From a candidate division TM6 bacterium GW2011_GWF2_32_72 (GTDB lineage: Bacteria; Babelota; Babeliae; Babelales; CAIQNR01), in the NCBI GenBank assembly GCA_945882015.1, contig CAMCVM010000003.1, positions 33,342 through 97,341 on the forward strand: 64,000 nucleotides of DNA, written 5' to 3'. How positions within the stretch are numbered: position 1 is the stretch's first letter; the number at the start of each line of letters is the position of its first letter. Both the position numbers and the translations under genes were made by a program. This document shows positions 1 to 9,723 of this stretch, in pieces. The notes beneath the pieces are model-generated. The model was not told the origin of the DNA, ran no database searches, and saw only the letters and a list, made by a program, of their open reading frames with translations.

Positions 1-49
1 AGTTGAACGACCAGAATGGTTTAGTCTACCAGTTGGTGTGGGTGATTAA
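1..49 (+). CDS. 3' end of an upstream leucine-rich-repeat protein paralog (partial; start lies left of the window)
   Basis: Frame 2 reads VERPEWFSLPVGVGD then TAA (47-49). Nt 1-49 are near-identical to nt 982-1030, the 3' end of the next gene (TERPEWFGLPVGVTN-stop). Confidence 0.6.
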   Translation, partial: VERPEWFSLPVGVGD

Positions 50-79
50 AGAATATAAGAATAATTTTAAAAAAGATCT

Positions 80-1030
80 TTGGTTGTGAAAAAAATATTA
101 ATTGTAAGCGTGTTATTGGTTCAAGGTTTATGGGCAGCTGCGGCGGCAGATGGACCAAAAAGAAATTCCTCAAAACCTCCAACACTAAAAGACCTTGCGC
201 TACAAAGACTACTGGAAGATCAATCTTTTTATTTTCGTCCTGTCAGCGTTATTAGGGAGATACTTGAAAGTTCTGTATATAGTAGCCCTGAGCGAGCACT
301 TGCTGATATTTATAGTGCTTGGCTCAATCTAAATCCTGAAGCACCAATTATCATAGTGCAAACAGCTCGATCAGCTTGCTGGCGGATAGGCATTGGTACA
401 GGTGCTTTTCCAATAGAATGGTCACGACTTACTATCGATATTTCTCCTTATGTTGGACCCGATACGCCTATTAAGAATTTGCGCTTAAGACGAGGTACTA
501 TTGCTAATGCATTTAGCGGAAAAGGATTGGTCATTCAGCCAAATGGTTCTTTAGATCTTAGAAAGAAAAAACTTACCATCTGTGATCTGTGGAATAATCT
601 CCCTGATGAAAAAAAGCCTACTATAAAGAGAATTGTCCTTGATGGCAATTATCTTACAAAACTTACGCGAGATAGTTTTGCTGGACTGTATAGTTTAGTA
701 GCACTTTCTGTTGAGGAAAATTATCTTACACAACTTCCGTCGAATATCTTTACTGGGCTAGCTCTTTTGCAGACGATTTATCTTAGTAAGAATAATCTTA
801 GACAACTTCCGTCAAATATCTTTACTGGGCTACGTTTTTTGCAACGGATTTATCTTAATGGTAATTATCTTGAACAACTTGCGCCACATACTTTTGCAGG
901 ATTGCCTCATTTAACTGATCTTTGGCTGAGTGGTAATCCGGAATTACAATTGAATAATCCGGACAATTTAGAAGCTCTTAAAACTGAACGACCAGAATGG
1001 TTTGGTCTACCAGTTGGTGTGACTAATTAA
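80..1030 (+). CDS. secreted leucine-rich-repeat (LRR) protein with eukaryote-type 24-residue repeats
   Basis: 316-aa ORF with a non-ATG start (TTG 80 or GTG 86). The N-terminus is hydrophobic and signal-like (ILIVSVLLVQGLWAAAAA). The C-terminal half is LxxLxLxxNxLxxLPxxxFxGL repeats (NYLTQLPSNIFTGLALLQTIYLSKNNLRQLPSNIFTGLRFLQRIYLNGNYLEQL). Confidence 0.8.
   Translation: MVVKKILIVSVLLVQGLWAAAAADGPKRNSSKPPTLKDLALQRLLEDQSFYFRPVSVIREILESSVYSSPERALADIYSAWLNLNPEAPIIIVQTARSACWRIGIGTGAFPIEWSRLTIDISPYVGPDTPIKNLRLRRGTIANAFSGKGLVIQPNGSLDLRKKKLTICDLWNNLPDEKKPTIKRIVLDGNYLTKLTRDSFAGLYSLVALSVEENYLTQLPSNIFTGLALLQTIYLSKNNLRQLPSNIFTGLRFLQRIYLNGNYLEQLAPHTFAGLPHLTDLWLSGNPELQLNNPDNLEALKTERPEWFGLPVGVTN
719..934 (+). 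repeat. three in-frame 72-bp (24-codon) LRR units; the first two are nearly identical at nucleotide level
   Basis: Units start at 719, 791 and 863 (aattatctta / aataatctta / aattatcttg). Units 1 and 2 share long identical runs (caacttccgtc.aatatctttactgggcta). Confidence 0.8.
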
Positions 1031-1184
1031 GAATAATGAGAGATGCTTTTACTTTTAATAAGCAATTAGATTCTTTTTTATTAAGAAAGCAATCCTAAGA
1101 AGTCGACAGTAATTTCTAGTTATATTATAATGCATAATAATCGAGGTTTTGAAAAAAAAGTAATTTCAAAAAGGACAAAGCATT

Positions 1185-3014
1185 ATGAAAAAAAACAAAG
1201 GCGGATTTGGTGGAGGACTGGGAGGTCCGTTTAATTTATTCATTTTTGTGGTTGTACTCTGTGGTGCAATTATGATGTTAACACGCATAACCGACACCGC
1301 TCGTGAAAAAATTGAAATTCCTTATTCAGAGTATTTGAATTTAATTACTCAAGATAAAGTTAAAAAAGTAGAAATAGCAGGTGTTTCAGTTGTTGGGCAA
1401 TTACAAGATCAAAAACGATTTGAAACAGTTGTTCCTGAAAATAATCCAGAACAATGGGAAATTTTAAGAAAACATAATGTAGAAGTTCAAATTATTACTG
1501 GATCAAATCTTGGCTTTTGGCCATTATTTTTTATTGGGCTTTTATTAGCAGCTTTATTGGTAGCATGGTATTTTTTACGTCCTTCTCGTAATGCAGGTGG
1601 TGGCGGCAATATTTTTTCTATGGGTAAAAGTAAAGCAAAAATGTTTTTACCTTCAACCATTAAAGACAAATTTACCTCTGTTGCTGGGGCGCATGAAGCA
1701 AAAGAAGAATTAAAGGATGTGGTTGATTTTTTGAAAAACCCTGAAAAATACAAACGGCTTGGTGCAAAAATTACTCGTGGTGCTTTATTGGTTGGAGAGC
1801 CAGGAAATGGTAAAACCTTACTTGCACGAGCTGTTGCAGGCGAAGCAAACTGCCCATTTTTTAGTATCAGTGGTTCAGATTTTATCGAAGTGTTTGTAGG
1901 TGTTGGTGCGTCTCGTGTGAGAGATTTATTTGCTCAAGCGCGCAAACATGCACCAAGTATTATCTTTATTGATGAAATTGACGCGGTTGGCCGACAAAGA
2001 AGTGCGGGTGGGTTTGGTGGCGGTCACGATGAACGTGAACAGACACTTAACCAATTGTTAACAGAAATGGATGGTTTTGAAACTGCAAAAGATCCAGTGA
2101 TTGTGTTAGCTGCAACTAACCGTCCTGATGTTTTGGATAAAGCATTATTGCGTCCAGGAAGATTTGATCGTCGAGTTGAAGTTCCATACCCTGATCTTGC
2201 AAGCCGTGAACAAATTTTAAGTTTACATGCAAAAAGTGTCCATATTGATGTTAAAGTTGATATGAAAAAAATTGCTCGCGGAACTCCAGGGTTTTCTGGT
2301 GCAGATCTTGCAAATTTAATTAATGAAGCTGCAATTATTGCTTCAAAAAATAATCAAGATCAAGTGGTGCTTGAAGACTTTGAACAAGCACGAGATAAGA
2401 TTCTGTTGGGTAAAGAAATTAAAACGATTGCTTTAACTGCAGAAGATAGAAAATTAACAGCATTCCACGAAGCAGGTCATGCTTTAATTCGCTTGTTATT
2501 ACCAAAAGTTATGGATCCATTACATAAAGTAACAATTGTTCCACGTGGAAGAGCATTAGGGGTAACTCATTCTATTCCAGAACGAGAAAAGTATAATTCT
2601 AATAAAGAAGAAATGCTTGCTTCTATTAAAGCAGCTTTAGGTGGTCGGATTGCAGAAGAAATAGAATTTCAAGAACTTTCAACGGGTGCTTATTCCGACT
2701 TTTTAGCTGCAACTGATATTGCTCGTGATATGGTATGCCGTTATGGAATGACCGATGCACTTGGACCAGTTGTCTATTCGCAACGTCAAGGTGATTTTGT
2801 ATATTCTCAAAAAACTGCTGAAAAAATTGATAACGAAGTAAAAGCAATTATTGAAACTTGTTATACACAAGCAAAAGCAATGCTTAACCAAAACAGAGAT
2901 AAGTTAACACAACTTTCGCAAGCGTTGCTTGAAAAAGAAACCATGTATGCTCGTGATATTTATGAATTATTGGGTATTGAACCTCGTGAAGATCATAAAT
3001 TTACGCAAGAGTAA
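1185..3014 (+). CDS. ftsH: ATP-dependent zinc metalloprotease FtsH
   Basis: 609 aa with N-terminal TM segments. Motifs: Walker A GEPGNGKT, Walker [32 protein letters not shown], zinc site HEAGHAL. Confidence 0.95.
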   Translation: MKKNKGGFGGGLGGPFNLFIFVVVLCGAIMMLTRITDTAREKIEIPYSEYLNLITQDKVKKVEIAGVSVVGQLQDQKRFETVVPENNPEQWEILRKHNVEVQIITGSNLGFWPLFFIGLLLAALLVAWYFLRPSRNAGGGGNIFSMGKSKAKMFLPSTIKDKFTSVAGAHEAKEELKDVVDFLKNPEKYKRLGAKITRGALLVGEPGNGKTLLARAVAGEANCPFFSISGSDFIEVFVGVGASRVRDLFAQARKHAPSIIFIDEIDAVGRQRSAGGFGGGHDEREQTLNQLLTEMDGFETAKDPVIVLAATNRPDVLDKALLRPGRFDRRVEVPYPDLASREQILSLHAKSVHIDVKVDMKKIARGTPGFSGADLANLINEAAIIASKNNQDQVVLEDFEQARDKILLGKEIKTIALTAEDRKLTAFHEAGHALIRLLLPKVMDPLHKVTIVPRGRALGVTHSIPEREKYNSNKEEMLASIKAALGGRIAEEIEFQELSTGAYSDFLAATDIARDMVCRYGMTDALGPVVYSQRQGDFVYSQKTAEKIDNEVKAIIETCYTQAKAMLNQNRDKLTQLSQALLEKETMYARDIYELLGIEPREDHKFTQE

Positions 3015-3020
3015 AAGCTC

Positions 3021-3791
3021 ATGAATCTTGAACAGATTGCACAACAGGTTGAACCTATTGTAAGCCAAGCGGGAAAAATGCTGCTTTCTTATTATCACGC
3101 AGGCCTGATCAGAGCGTATAAACAAGATGGCAGCTTTGCAACACAAGCGGACAAGCAGGTCGAGCAATTTTTAATTGAGCGACTTAAAGAGCTTGTGCCA
3201 GGCGCAGCTTTCTTTGTTGAAGAATCTGGGCAAATTCAGGGTAATGATTATTGCTGGGTGATTGATCCGCTTGATGGAACTACTAATTTTGCTCAAGGGC
3301 TACCCCATTTTTGTATTTCAGTAGCTTTAACCTATAAGCATGAACCGGTCATAGCTTTTGTGTATCAACCATTATTACAAGAACTGTTTAAAGCTATTAA
3401 AGGTGGCGGAGCTTTTTTGCAGGGCAAACGATTACCAATCATTGAAAATAGACCATTAAAACAATCGATTATAGTTTTTTCATTTCCGTATCAACAGCAA
3501 GAAGGATATTTTACCTTTATCTGTGAAATTGAAAAAAAGGTTTATACTGCTCGTAACTTTGGAGCGGCAGCATTGGATCAGGCTTATTGTGCCGCAGGAA
3601 AAGTTGATTCAGTCATGTTTTGTAACCTTGCATGGTGGGACATTGCCGCAGGAATGCTTTTGATAAAAGAAGCTGGAGGGCAGGTAATGCAGTTTGATGG
3701 GTCACCTGTTGATCAATCATTTACAACATTTTTAGCAGGGAATAAGCTTATTTGTAGCGAGGTTATCAGCCTTGCACAAGATCTTTTGTAA
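3021..3791 (+). CDS. inositol monophosphatase family protein (SuhB/CysQ-like)
   Basis: 256 aa with IMPase signatures WVIDPLDGTTNF and WWDIAAG. Confidence 0.85.
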   Translation: MNLEQIAQQVEPIVSQAGKMLLSYYHAGLIRAYKQDGSFATQADKQVEQFLIERLKELVPGAAFFVEESGQIQGNDYCWVIDPLDGTTNFAQGLPHFCISVALTYKHEPVIAFVYQPLLQELFKAIKGGGAFLQGKRLPIIENRPLKQSIIVFSFPYQQQEGYFTFICEIEKKVYTARNFGAAALDQAYCAAGKVDSVMFCNLAWWDIAAGMLLIKEAGGQVMQFDGSPVDQSFTTFLAGNKLICSEVISLAQDLL

Positions 3792-3886
3792 GATTTGAAA
3801 AAATAGATAATTAGAGTATACTTATGATCTCTGGTCCTCTACATCATGAAAGAGGCATGTGACTTCAATAGACGAAAGGAACAGTT

Positions 3887-4090
3887 ATGGCAAGAATCTG
3901 TTTCGTTTGTGGCAAGGGTCCTCAAACGGCAAATTTAGTAAGTAAAGCAAATAATAAGGTGGGTCGCTGGGTTTATCCAAATGTTCATAAAATGAGATTT
4001 GTGGTAGAAAGTGATTGTAAAAATAAAGTACATCATGCAAAAGTTTGCACAAAATGTGTAAAAGCAAGCAAAGTACGTAAAGTATTATAA
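3887..4090 (+). CDS. rpmB: 50S ribosomal protein L28
   Basis: 67 aa. MARICFVCGKGPQTANLVSKANNKVGRW matches the L28 N-terminus. It has a CxxC...CxxC zinc-ribbon pattern and an AAAGGAA RBS upstream. Confidence 0.9.
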   Translation: MARICFVCGKGPQTANLVSKANNKVGRWVYPNVHKMRFVVESDCKNKVHHAKVCTKCVKASKVRKVL

Positions 4091-4111
4091 TTCAGGTAAG
4101 GATTGTTTGTT

Positions 4112-4405
4112 ATGGCCAATATTAAATCGGCACAAAAAAGAGCACGTCAAAGCGTTGTGAAAAAGCAAAGAAATTTAGGACGTAAAACTGCAGTTAAAAC
4201 TGCTGTTAAAAAAGTTTTGAGCGCTATCCAAGCTCAAGATCTTGATCAAGCTAAGTTGTTGCTCAAAGATGCTGAAGGTCAAATTGCTCGAGCTGCAGGA
4301 AAAAACGTATTACACAAAAAGACTGCTATGAGAAAAACAAGCCGTCTTGCAAAGCGACTTTCAAAAGCTGTTAAAGCAGCTGTTGTTGCGACACCTGCAC
4401 AGTAA
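4112..4405 (+). CDS. rpsT: 30S ribosomal protein S20
   Basis: MANIKSAQKRARQSVVKKQRN is the canonical S20 N-terminus. I prefer ATG 4112, preceded by AGGTAAGGA, over the upstream TTG at 4103. Confidence 0.9.
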   Translation: MANIKSAQKRARQSVVKKQRNLGRKTAVKTAVKKVLSAIQAQDLDQAKLLLKDAEGQIARAAGKNVLHKKTAMRKTSRLAKRLSKAVKAAVVATPAQ

Positions 4406-4433
4406 TAAAAGTTTTTCAAAAGAAAATTTTAAA

Positions 4434-4465
4434 AGCGAGTTGTTTCTAAACACTCGCTTTTTTTT
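4434..4465. terminator. bidirectional rho-independent terminator shared by convergent rpsT and PBP2
   Basis: Hairpin AGCGAGT-n11-ACTCGCT followed by a T-run and preceded by an A-run. The right arm overlaps the last codons and stop (4446-4448) of the minus-strand PBP2 gene. Confidence 0.7.
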
Positions 4466-6182
4466 GTCGTTCAGTTCTTAAATTGGTAAGATCGCGATAT
4501 CCTTTTAAAAATGCTCTTGCAATCATTAAAGAAAGTGCTGCAGAGCCTGCATTTTCAACTAAAACAACCATGGTCATGGTAGGTTCGTTTTTATATTTAA
4601 AATTTACTGCAACCCAGCCGTGTTCTAAATATTGTTCACCCATATCCCGCTTTTCTAAATCAGAAGTTTGAGCAGTACTTGTTTTTGCAAATACTTCAAA
4701 ACCTTTTAAATTAGCTAGAATTCGTGCAGTTCCTTCATTGACTACTTCTTTCATGGTGTCTTGTAAAAATAAGCGAGTTGAATGCGCAATATTGAGTGGT
4801 TCATAGTGTACGGTGCTTTCTTCTAAGATTCGTGGAGTTACAAGGTAGCCAGTATCGATTGATGCAATCATACGGGCAATTTGTATTGGAGTAACTAATA
4901 AAAAACTTTGTCCAATACAGGTGGCAAGTGTTTCGCCCAGCCACCAGCGTTCGCCTTTTGTTTTTAGTTTCCAGGCCTTGGTAGGGATCAGTCCAGGATT
5001 GTCATTAAAAACAGAATTGGTATTTTTGCCCAGCCCAAATCGGCCAGCATAGTTTGCAAGTGTGTCAACATCAATATCACGTGCAATGCGGTAAAAAAGA
5101 ATGTTACATGACTTTGCAACTGATTCAGTAATAGAAAGTGGACCATGACCTGTTTTGCGATGGCAGTGGAATTTACGTTGTCCTACCTTTGTAGATCCTT
5201 TGCAATTAATTATTTTATCAGCTTGAATAATATCAGTTTCAAGAGCTGCAGAAAGAGTGACTAATTTAAAGATTGAACCGGGTGGGTAACATGCATTATA
5301 AATCCGATTTAAAAATGGTTTATTGTCTTTAAGTACTTGCCAGTCAGCTTGATTAAGTTTTTCCAAAAATCTATTAGGGTCAAAATTTGGCCGAGAAACA
5401 GCAACGCGTAAATTACCATTTCTTGAGTCCATTAATAAAAAGATACCTTTTTTTTCAGCAGGGAAAAGCATTTCTGCTAACTTTTGTAATGAAAGATCAA
5501 GGGTGATGGTCAGATCTTGCCCTGCAAGACTTTGTTCAATCTGTTTTTCAGACAGATGTTTTCCAAAAGAATTAAGAATTTTTTGATTAATACCATGTTT
5601 ACCTTTTAAACTACTTTCATATAATTTTTCCAGCCCCATTTTTCCAGCCCAACCGGTATCAAGATTTCCAAGATACCCAAGAATATGGCTAGCCATGGTG
5701 TTGTATGGGTAAAAGCGTGCAAAGTCAGTTTCTATAATAATTGAACAATCAGCTGAAAATTGTTCTGAAATTTTACTCAATAGGTCAAATGGCAGGTCTT
5801 GAGCAATCACAATTTTTTGTGCTTTGCGTTCAGCTTGTTCCAATGTTTCTTGTGTAACGCACAGTTCGGGGATAAAGGTTTTCAGATGAGCAAGTAATTT
5901 TTTTTGTTCTTCAGAAAGTTTTTTATTTCCATTGCCTTTCCAGTACACATTAATCACTGGTCGGTTTGTTGCAAGTAATTTTCCCGTATAATCAATGATA
6001 TTACCACGTAGTGGATTAACTTTTTCATACCGTAAAAAATTATGCTGACTTTTTTTTAAAAGATTCTGAGTAAGGTTAATTTGTAAATAGCCAAGCCGAA
6101 TCACAATCAAAATGCAAACGATGCAAACAGTTGTTGCAAGAATAAAAATTTTACGTATAAAAGATTGTTCTTGGGCTATCAT
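4446..6182 (-). CDS. mrdA: penicillin-binding protein 2 (class B transpeptidase)
   Basis: 578 aa with an N-terminal TM anchor. Transpeptidase motifs are SxxK (GSIFKLVT), SxN (KSCNILF) and a K-T-S variant of KTG (FAKTST). Confidence 0.85.
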   Translation of the reverse strand: MIAQEQSFIRKIFILATTVCIVCILIVIRLGYLQINLTQNLLKKSQHNFLRYEKVNPLRGNIIDYTGKLLATNRPVINVYWKGNGNKKLSEEQKKLLAHLKTFIPELCVTQETLEQAERKAQKIVIAQDLPFDLLSKISEQFSADCSIIIETDFARFYPYNTMASHILGYLGNLDTGWAGKMGLEKLYESSLKGKHGINQKILNSFGKHLSEKQIEQSLAGQDLTITLDLSLQKLAEMLFPAEKKGIFLLMDSRNGNLRVAVSRPNFDPNRFLEKLNQADWQVLKDNKPFLNRIYNACYPPGSIFKLVTLSAALETDIIQADKIINCKGSTKVGQRKFHCHRKTGHGPLSITESVAKSCNILFYRIARDIDVDTLANYAGRFGLGKNTNSVFNDNPGLIPTKAWKLKTKGERWWLGETLATCIGQSFLLVTPIQIARMIASIDTGYLVTPRILEESTVHYEPLNIAHSTRLFLQDTMKEVVNEGTARILANLKGFEVFAKTSTAQTSDLEKRDMGEQYLEHGWVAVNFKYKNEPTMTMVVLVENAGSAALSLMIARAFLKGYRDLTNLRTERQKKASV

Positions 6183-6184
6183 TA

Positions 6185-7105
6185 TTAAAGTTCTTCTTTT
6201 TCCATAGTATTAAGCGGGTGAATCGTATCACACATATCAGCAAGTTGAGCAGAAGTAATATGGGTATACTTTTCAGTACTTGCTAGTGTAGCATGCCCTA
6301 ATAATTCTTGCACAACACGCAGATCAGTTCCTTGATTTAAAAGATGTGTCGCAAAAGAATGGCGAATTTTGTGTGGAGTAATATTTTTATTACCTTGTAA
6401 AAAAGATCTGAACATTTTCATAACGCGTTGCACTGTTCGTTGATTTAACGGTTCGTTAACGTGACTGACGAGTAAAAAATCTTTATCACTTACCGGTTTA
6501 GGTCGCTCTTTTTCAAGATATTCAATAATCCGTTCTTTTGCCTTTTTACCAAATAAAGCAAAGCGTTCCTTTCTGCCTTTTCCAGTAATACGGATAATTT
6601 TTTCTTCTAAATTAACATCTTGAATTTTAATATTGCATAATTCAGAGCACCGAATGCCCGTTGCATATAACAGTTCAAAAATAGTTTTATCGCGAATAGG
6701 GCGAATTGAGGGCAAATCTTCGTCTTTAACCGTATCCAGTAAATAAAAAACTTCATCAACGGTTAAATAGGTAGGGAGCTTTTTATCAATGCGTGGCCGT
6801 TTGAGTTTAAGATTAAGACGAATATCAAAAATTTTAAGATAATTTTCAAAAGATCTGAAGCATGAAATTTTGCGAGCTACAGAGCTTTTATCTATTTTTT
6901 TATGAAAAAGGAATACAAAGTACCGTTCTAAAGCTCGACGCAGTTCAATCTTTTCAGATTCTTCTTGTTCTACTCTGGTCCAAAAATCACAAAAAAGTTT
7001 AAAATCACCTTTGTAAGACTTTTGGGTATTAAGACTTAAATTTTTTTCGATATTAATATAGCTTAAAAAATCATTTCTATATTTTTTAAAATCTTGAAAA
7101 TACAT
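6185..7105 (-). CDS. tyrosine site-specific recombinase, XerC/XerD type
   Basis: 306 aa with the catalytic pattern ATGIRCSEL, HKIRHSFATHLL, LGHATLASTEKYTH. Its stop lies 2 nt upstream of the PBP2 start, so the two are probably co-transcribed. Confidence 0.85.
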   Translation of the reverse strand: MYFQDFKKYRNDFLSYINIEKNLSLNTQKSYKGDFKLFCDFWTRVEQEESEKIELRRALERYFVFLFHKKIDKSSVARKISCFRSFENYLKIFDIRLNLKLKRPRIDKKLPTYLTVDEVFYLLDTVKDEDLPSIRPIRDKTIFELLYATGIRCSELCNIKIQDVNLEEKIIRITGKGRKERFALFGKKAKERIIEYLEKERPKPVSDKDFLLVSHVNEPLNQRTVQRVMKMFRSFLQGNKNITPHKIRHSFATHLLNQGTDLRVVQELLGHATLASTEKYTHITSAQLADMCDTIHPLNTMEKEEL

Positions 7106-7249
7106 ACAATTCCTTTTTATAAAGATTTAAGCTTACAAGAGCTTATTTAAAAGAGCAATAAGAGGCTTAAAAGGCTACCCATTTGCCTTTCTGGGCTATT
7201 ACTTTAAACTATCTTTAGGTTAAATTGTTTCTAAAATGGTGAGGTTATA

Positions 7250-7987
7250 ATGTTTAAAATTCAAAAATTAATGTTAATTAGTTTTCTTGTTCTTTTTTCA
7301 GTTTTACAGGCAAAAGGTTTACGTGAAATTGCTCACTTGCCTCATGCTCAAGACCTTATTACAGAAGTTTTTAAAGAGCGTGGGTTAGATCCAAAAGATT
7401 TTGAATTTACATTTTATAATAAAAAAGGTAGTTGGTGTTACGTCTTAGGGAAAAATACCTTTGGATGTGATTTAATATTTTTGGAAAGATTAAATCAATT
7501 AGCTAAAGAAATTAAAGAAGAGTCTTCCATAAAGGGTAGGTTAATAAATTATGTAACTGGAAGAGATAAAAAATTTAATGAAAGTGTATTGCTTTTAGAA
7601 GGTTTTTTAGGTCATGAGATACAGCATCATTTTGATAGAGACGATTTGACAAGGGCTATCGTTTTATTTAATGGTTCACATGAATTGAAAAGAGAGATTT
7701 TTTTAGCGCTTGAAAAAAAAGCTGATTTATTCTCTTCAAACAATCCAGAAGTATTGAGAGCTTTAGCTTCTTATTTTGAAAAATTTTATCAAGAGTATGT
7801 TGTAACAATAAAATATATTGAAAGAATAAAAGCTCAAGGTTTTAGTATTCAAGAACCAGAAGAAGATAAGGATCATCCACATCCTTTAGAAAGAGCTTCT
7901 TATTTACGTGAAAAAGCAGATCAACTTAAAGCAGCACGAAGATTAGAATGGGGCAAAGAAGAAGATTATTTGATGCTTTCAAATTAA
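7250..7987 (+). CDS. secreted HExxH-motif protein, tandem paralog 1 of 5 (family not recognised)
   Basis: 245 aa with a signal-like N-terminus. Motifs: conserved LPHAQ..I..VF..RG..PKDFEF, then GHEIQHHFDRDD (HExxH) and KKADLFSSNNPEVLRALA. Confidence 0.8.
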   Translation: MFKIQKLMLISFLVLFSVLQAKGLREIAHLPHAQDLITEVFKERGLDPKDFEFTFYNKKGSWCYVLGKNTFGCDLIFLERLNQLAKEIKEESSIKGRLINYVTGRDKKFNESVLLLEGFLGHEIQHHFDRDDLTRAIVLFNGSHELKREIFLALEKKADLFSSNNPEVLRALASYFEKFYQEYVVTIKYIERIKAQGFSIQEPEEDKDHPHPLERASYLREKADQLKAARRLEWGKEEDYLMLSN

Positions 7988-8018
7988 ACTAAGTATTTTA
8001 AATGTTGGGGTTATAACT

Positions 8019-8708
8019 ATGGTTACTGTTTTTAATCGTTTTCTTTTAATTATTTTGGTATCGTTTTCAGGTTTGTTTGCAAAAGGTTTACGTGAAATTG
8101 CTCACTTGCCGCATGCGCAAGCTCTTATTACAAAAGTATTTAAAGAGCGTGGGTTAGATCCAAAAGATTTTGAATTTACATTTTATAATAAAAAAGGTGA
8201 CAATTGGTTATATTATCCAGGAATAAATGGTTTTTCTTTTGATTTATGGGACCTTGAAAAAGTTAACGATACGATGAATTATCCAGACTCTTTGTATCAA
8301 TTAATAAATTGTGACCGGTTTGGGCTTAAAAGCAGAAGAGAGCATCTATTATCTACTCAAGGATTTATAGGCCATGAATTGCAACATGCATGTGATCGTG
8401 CAGCAATAATCGATCTCTATTCTAGTGGGAAAAATTCAGATGAACTTACAGAAGAACTAAAAAAATTAGAAGCAAGAGCAGATCTTTTTTGTTCATCTGA
8501 TCCTGAAGTATTAAGAGCTTTAGCCAGATCTTTTAAGTATGCTTATGAACAAGTTAGATTACTTACTTTTTCAGGAAATCATGAAGCATGTACAATGTAT
8601 CTAAAAAAAATTGATCCAATACATCCTACATTCATTCAAAGATATCATTATTTATGTGCAGCAGCAGCTCAACTTGAGCAAGAAGGCTGTGGTTCTGCTC
8701 AACGATAA
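8019..8708 (+). CDS. secreted HExxH-motif protein, tandem paralog 2 of 5
   Basis: 229 aa. Residues ~21-60 are almost identical to paralog 1. HExxH is intact (GHELQHACDR), followed by ARADLFCSSDPEVLRALA. Confidence 0.8.
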   Translation: MVTVFNRFLLIILVSFSGLFAKGLREIAHLPHAQALITKVFKERGLDPKDFEFTFYNKKGDNWLYYPGINGFSFDLWDLEKVNDTMNYPDSLYQLINCDRFGLKSRREHLLSTQGFIGHELQHACDRAAIIDLYSSGKNSDELTEELKKLEARADLFCSSDPEVLRALARSFKYAYEQVRLLTFSGNHEACTMYLKKIDPIHPTFIQRYHYLCAAAAQLEQEGCGSAQR

Positions 8709-8794
8709 TTATTGAAATTTTTTATAGGTTCTTTAACCTGTAAAAAACCGTATGATAAATCTTTTATTAATAAAAAACTGAAAGCATCAGCAGA

Positions 8795-9562
8795 ATGAAA
8801 TTGCATAGATTAGGATTATTTGCTGTATGGATTCTATCTTTTCAACTACAATCAAGCTTTGTTTTTACAAAAAAAGCATATCCTTTAATAGTCCAAAGTT
8901 ATCTATTAGTAAAACGTCATGCAGCAAATCAACCATCTTTTGCTCTTAATGAATCGTTTAAAGAAAAAGATTGGGATAGATATTGGCGCCATTTCCCTTA
9001 TGCAGCATCGGCAGTAAAAGATATTTTTAATGCGAGAAATACCAGTCCAAAAGAATTTAGCTTTATTATAAAGCAAACTATAAATTGGGAATATTGTTGT
9101 GCTTTTAATACCTTTTATTATCCACAACAAGACATAGCAGAATTTGATGATACGTTACAAAGACAAACTTGGGGACTTGCTGAAAAAAAGAGATTACATT
9201 GGGATATTATGAAAGATGGTATGACAACTAAACAGCAGCATGTTCTTCTTGTAAAAGGGATTATTGGGCATGAACTACAGCATGCTTTTGATAGAGGCCA
9301 ACTGTTGTTATTATTGCATTCTCCTGTTGCTCTCCACTCTCAAGATAAAAAATATCAAATACTTAAAGAACTTGAACATAAGGCAGATACGTATGCTTCA
9401 CAAGATCCAGCAGTACTGGAAGCACTTGCAAAATTTTTTATGCATCTGCATCTATTGCATATAAAAAATCAAGAACTAGACCAAGAAAGTAAACAACATC
9501 CATCATGTTTAGAACGAGCACAGTATTTTTTTGAATTAAGTAAATTAAGAACGAAAAAATAA
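8795..9562 (+). CDS. secreted HExxH-motif protein, tandem paralog 3 of 5
   Basis: 255 aa with a signal-like N-terminus. Motifs: FPYAASAVKDIFNARN..PKEFSF, GHELQHAFDR, HKADTYASQDPAVLEALA. Confidence 0.8.
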   Translation: MKLHRLGLFAVWILSFQLQSSFVFTKKAYPLIVQSYLLVKRHAANQPSFALNESFKEKDWDRYWRHFPYAASAVKDIFNARNTSPKEFSFIIKQTINWEYCCAFNTFYYPQQDIAEFDDTLQRQTWGLAEKKRLHWDIMKDGMTTKQQHVLLVKGIIGHELQHAFDRGQLLLLLHSPVALHSQDKKYQILKELEHKADTYASQDPAVLEALAKFFMHLHLLHIKNQELDQESKQHPSCLERAQYFFELSKLRTKK

Positions 9563-9566
9563 AAGA

Positions 9567-9638
9567 TTATTCTGCAATTTCATAAAAATTAAGCCCGTGT
9601 TCTTTAAATCTTCTATTGGCAGAAGATTAATTGACACC
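9567..9638 (-). pseudogene. relic copy of the 3' end of the downstream regulator gene (the intact end is at 11439)
   Basis: The reverse strand reads ..SSANRRFKEHGLNFYEIAE-stop, compared with ..SSVNRRFKEHGLNFYETAE-stop for the real gene. An in-frame stop lies just upstream and there is no ORF body. Confidence 0.75.
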
Positions 9639-9723
9639 TAAGTTGATTTTTTTATTAATTAATTTTATCTTTTACTGATTCTTTAATAGAATAAAAATTA
9701 AAAATAAATAAAAAGGATCAAAA

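Noticed and set aside
1487-3167. Several 60-90 aa ORFs antisense to ftsH and the start of the IMPase gene (1487-1753, 2626-2847, 2703-2891, 2967-3167).
   Set aside because: They lie entirely inside a strongly supported conserved gene on the other strand. They have no RBS and odd composition, as expected of shadow ORFs in AT-rich DNA.
6185-7105. The tyrosine recombinase might be a phage or ICE integrase marking a mobile element next to the paralog array.
   Set aside because: Its size and motifs fit chromosomal XerC/D. It is translationally coupled to PBP2. There is no adjacent tRNA, att-like repeat or phage gene.
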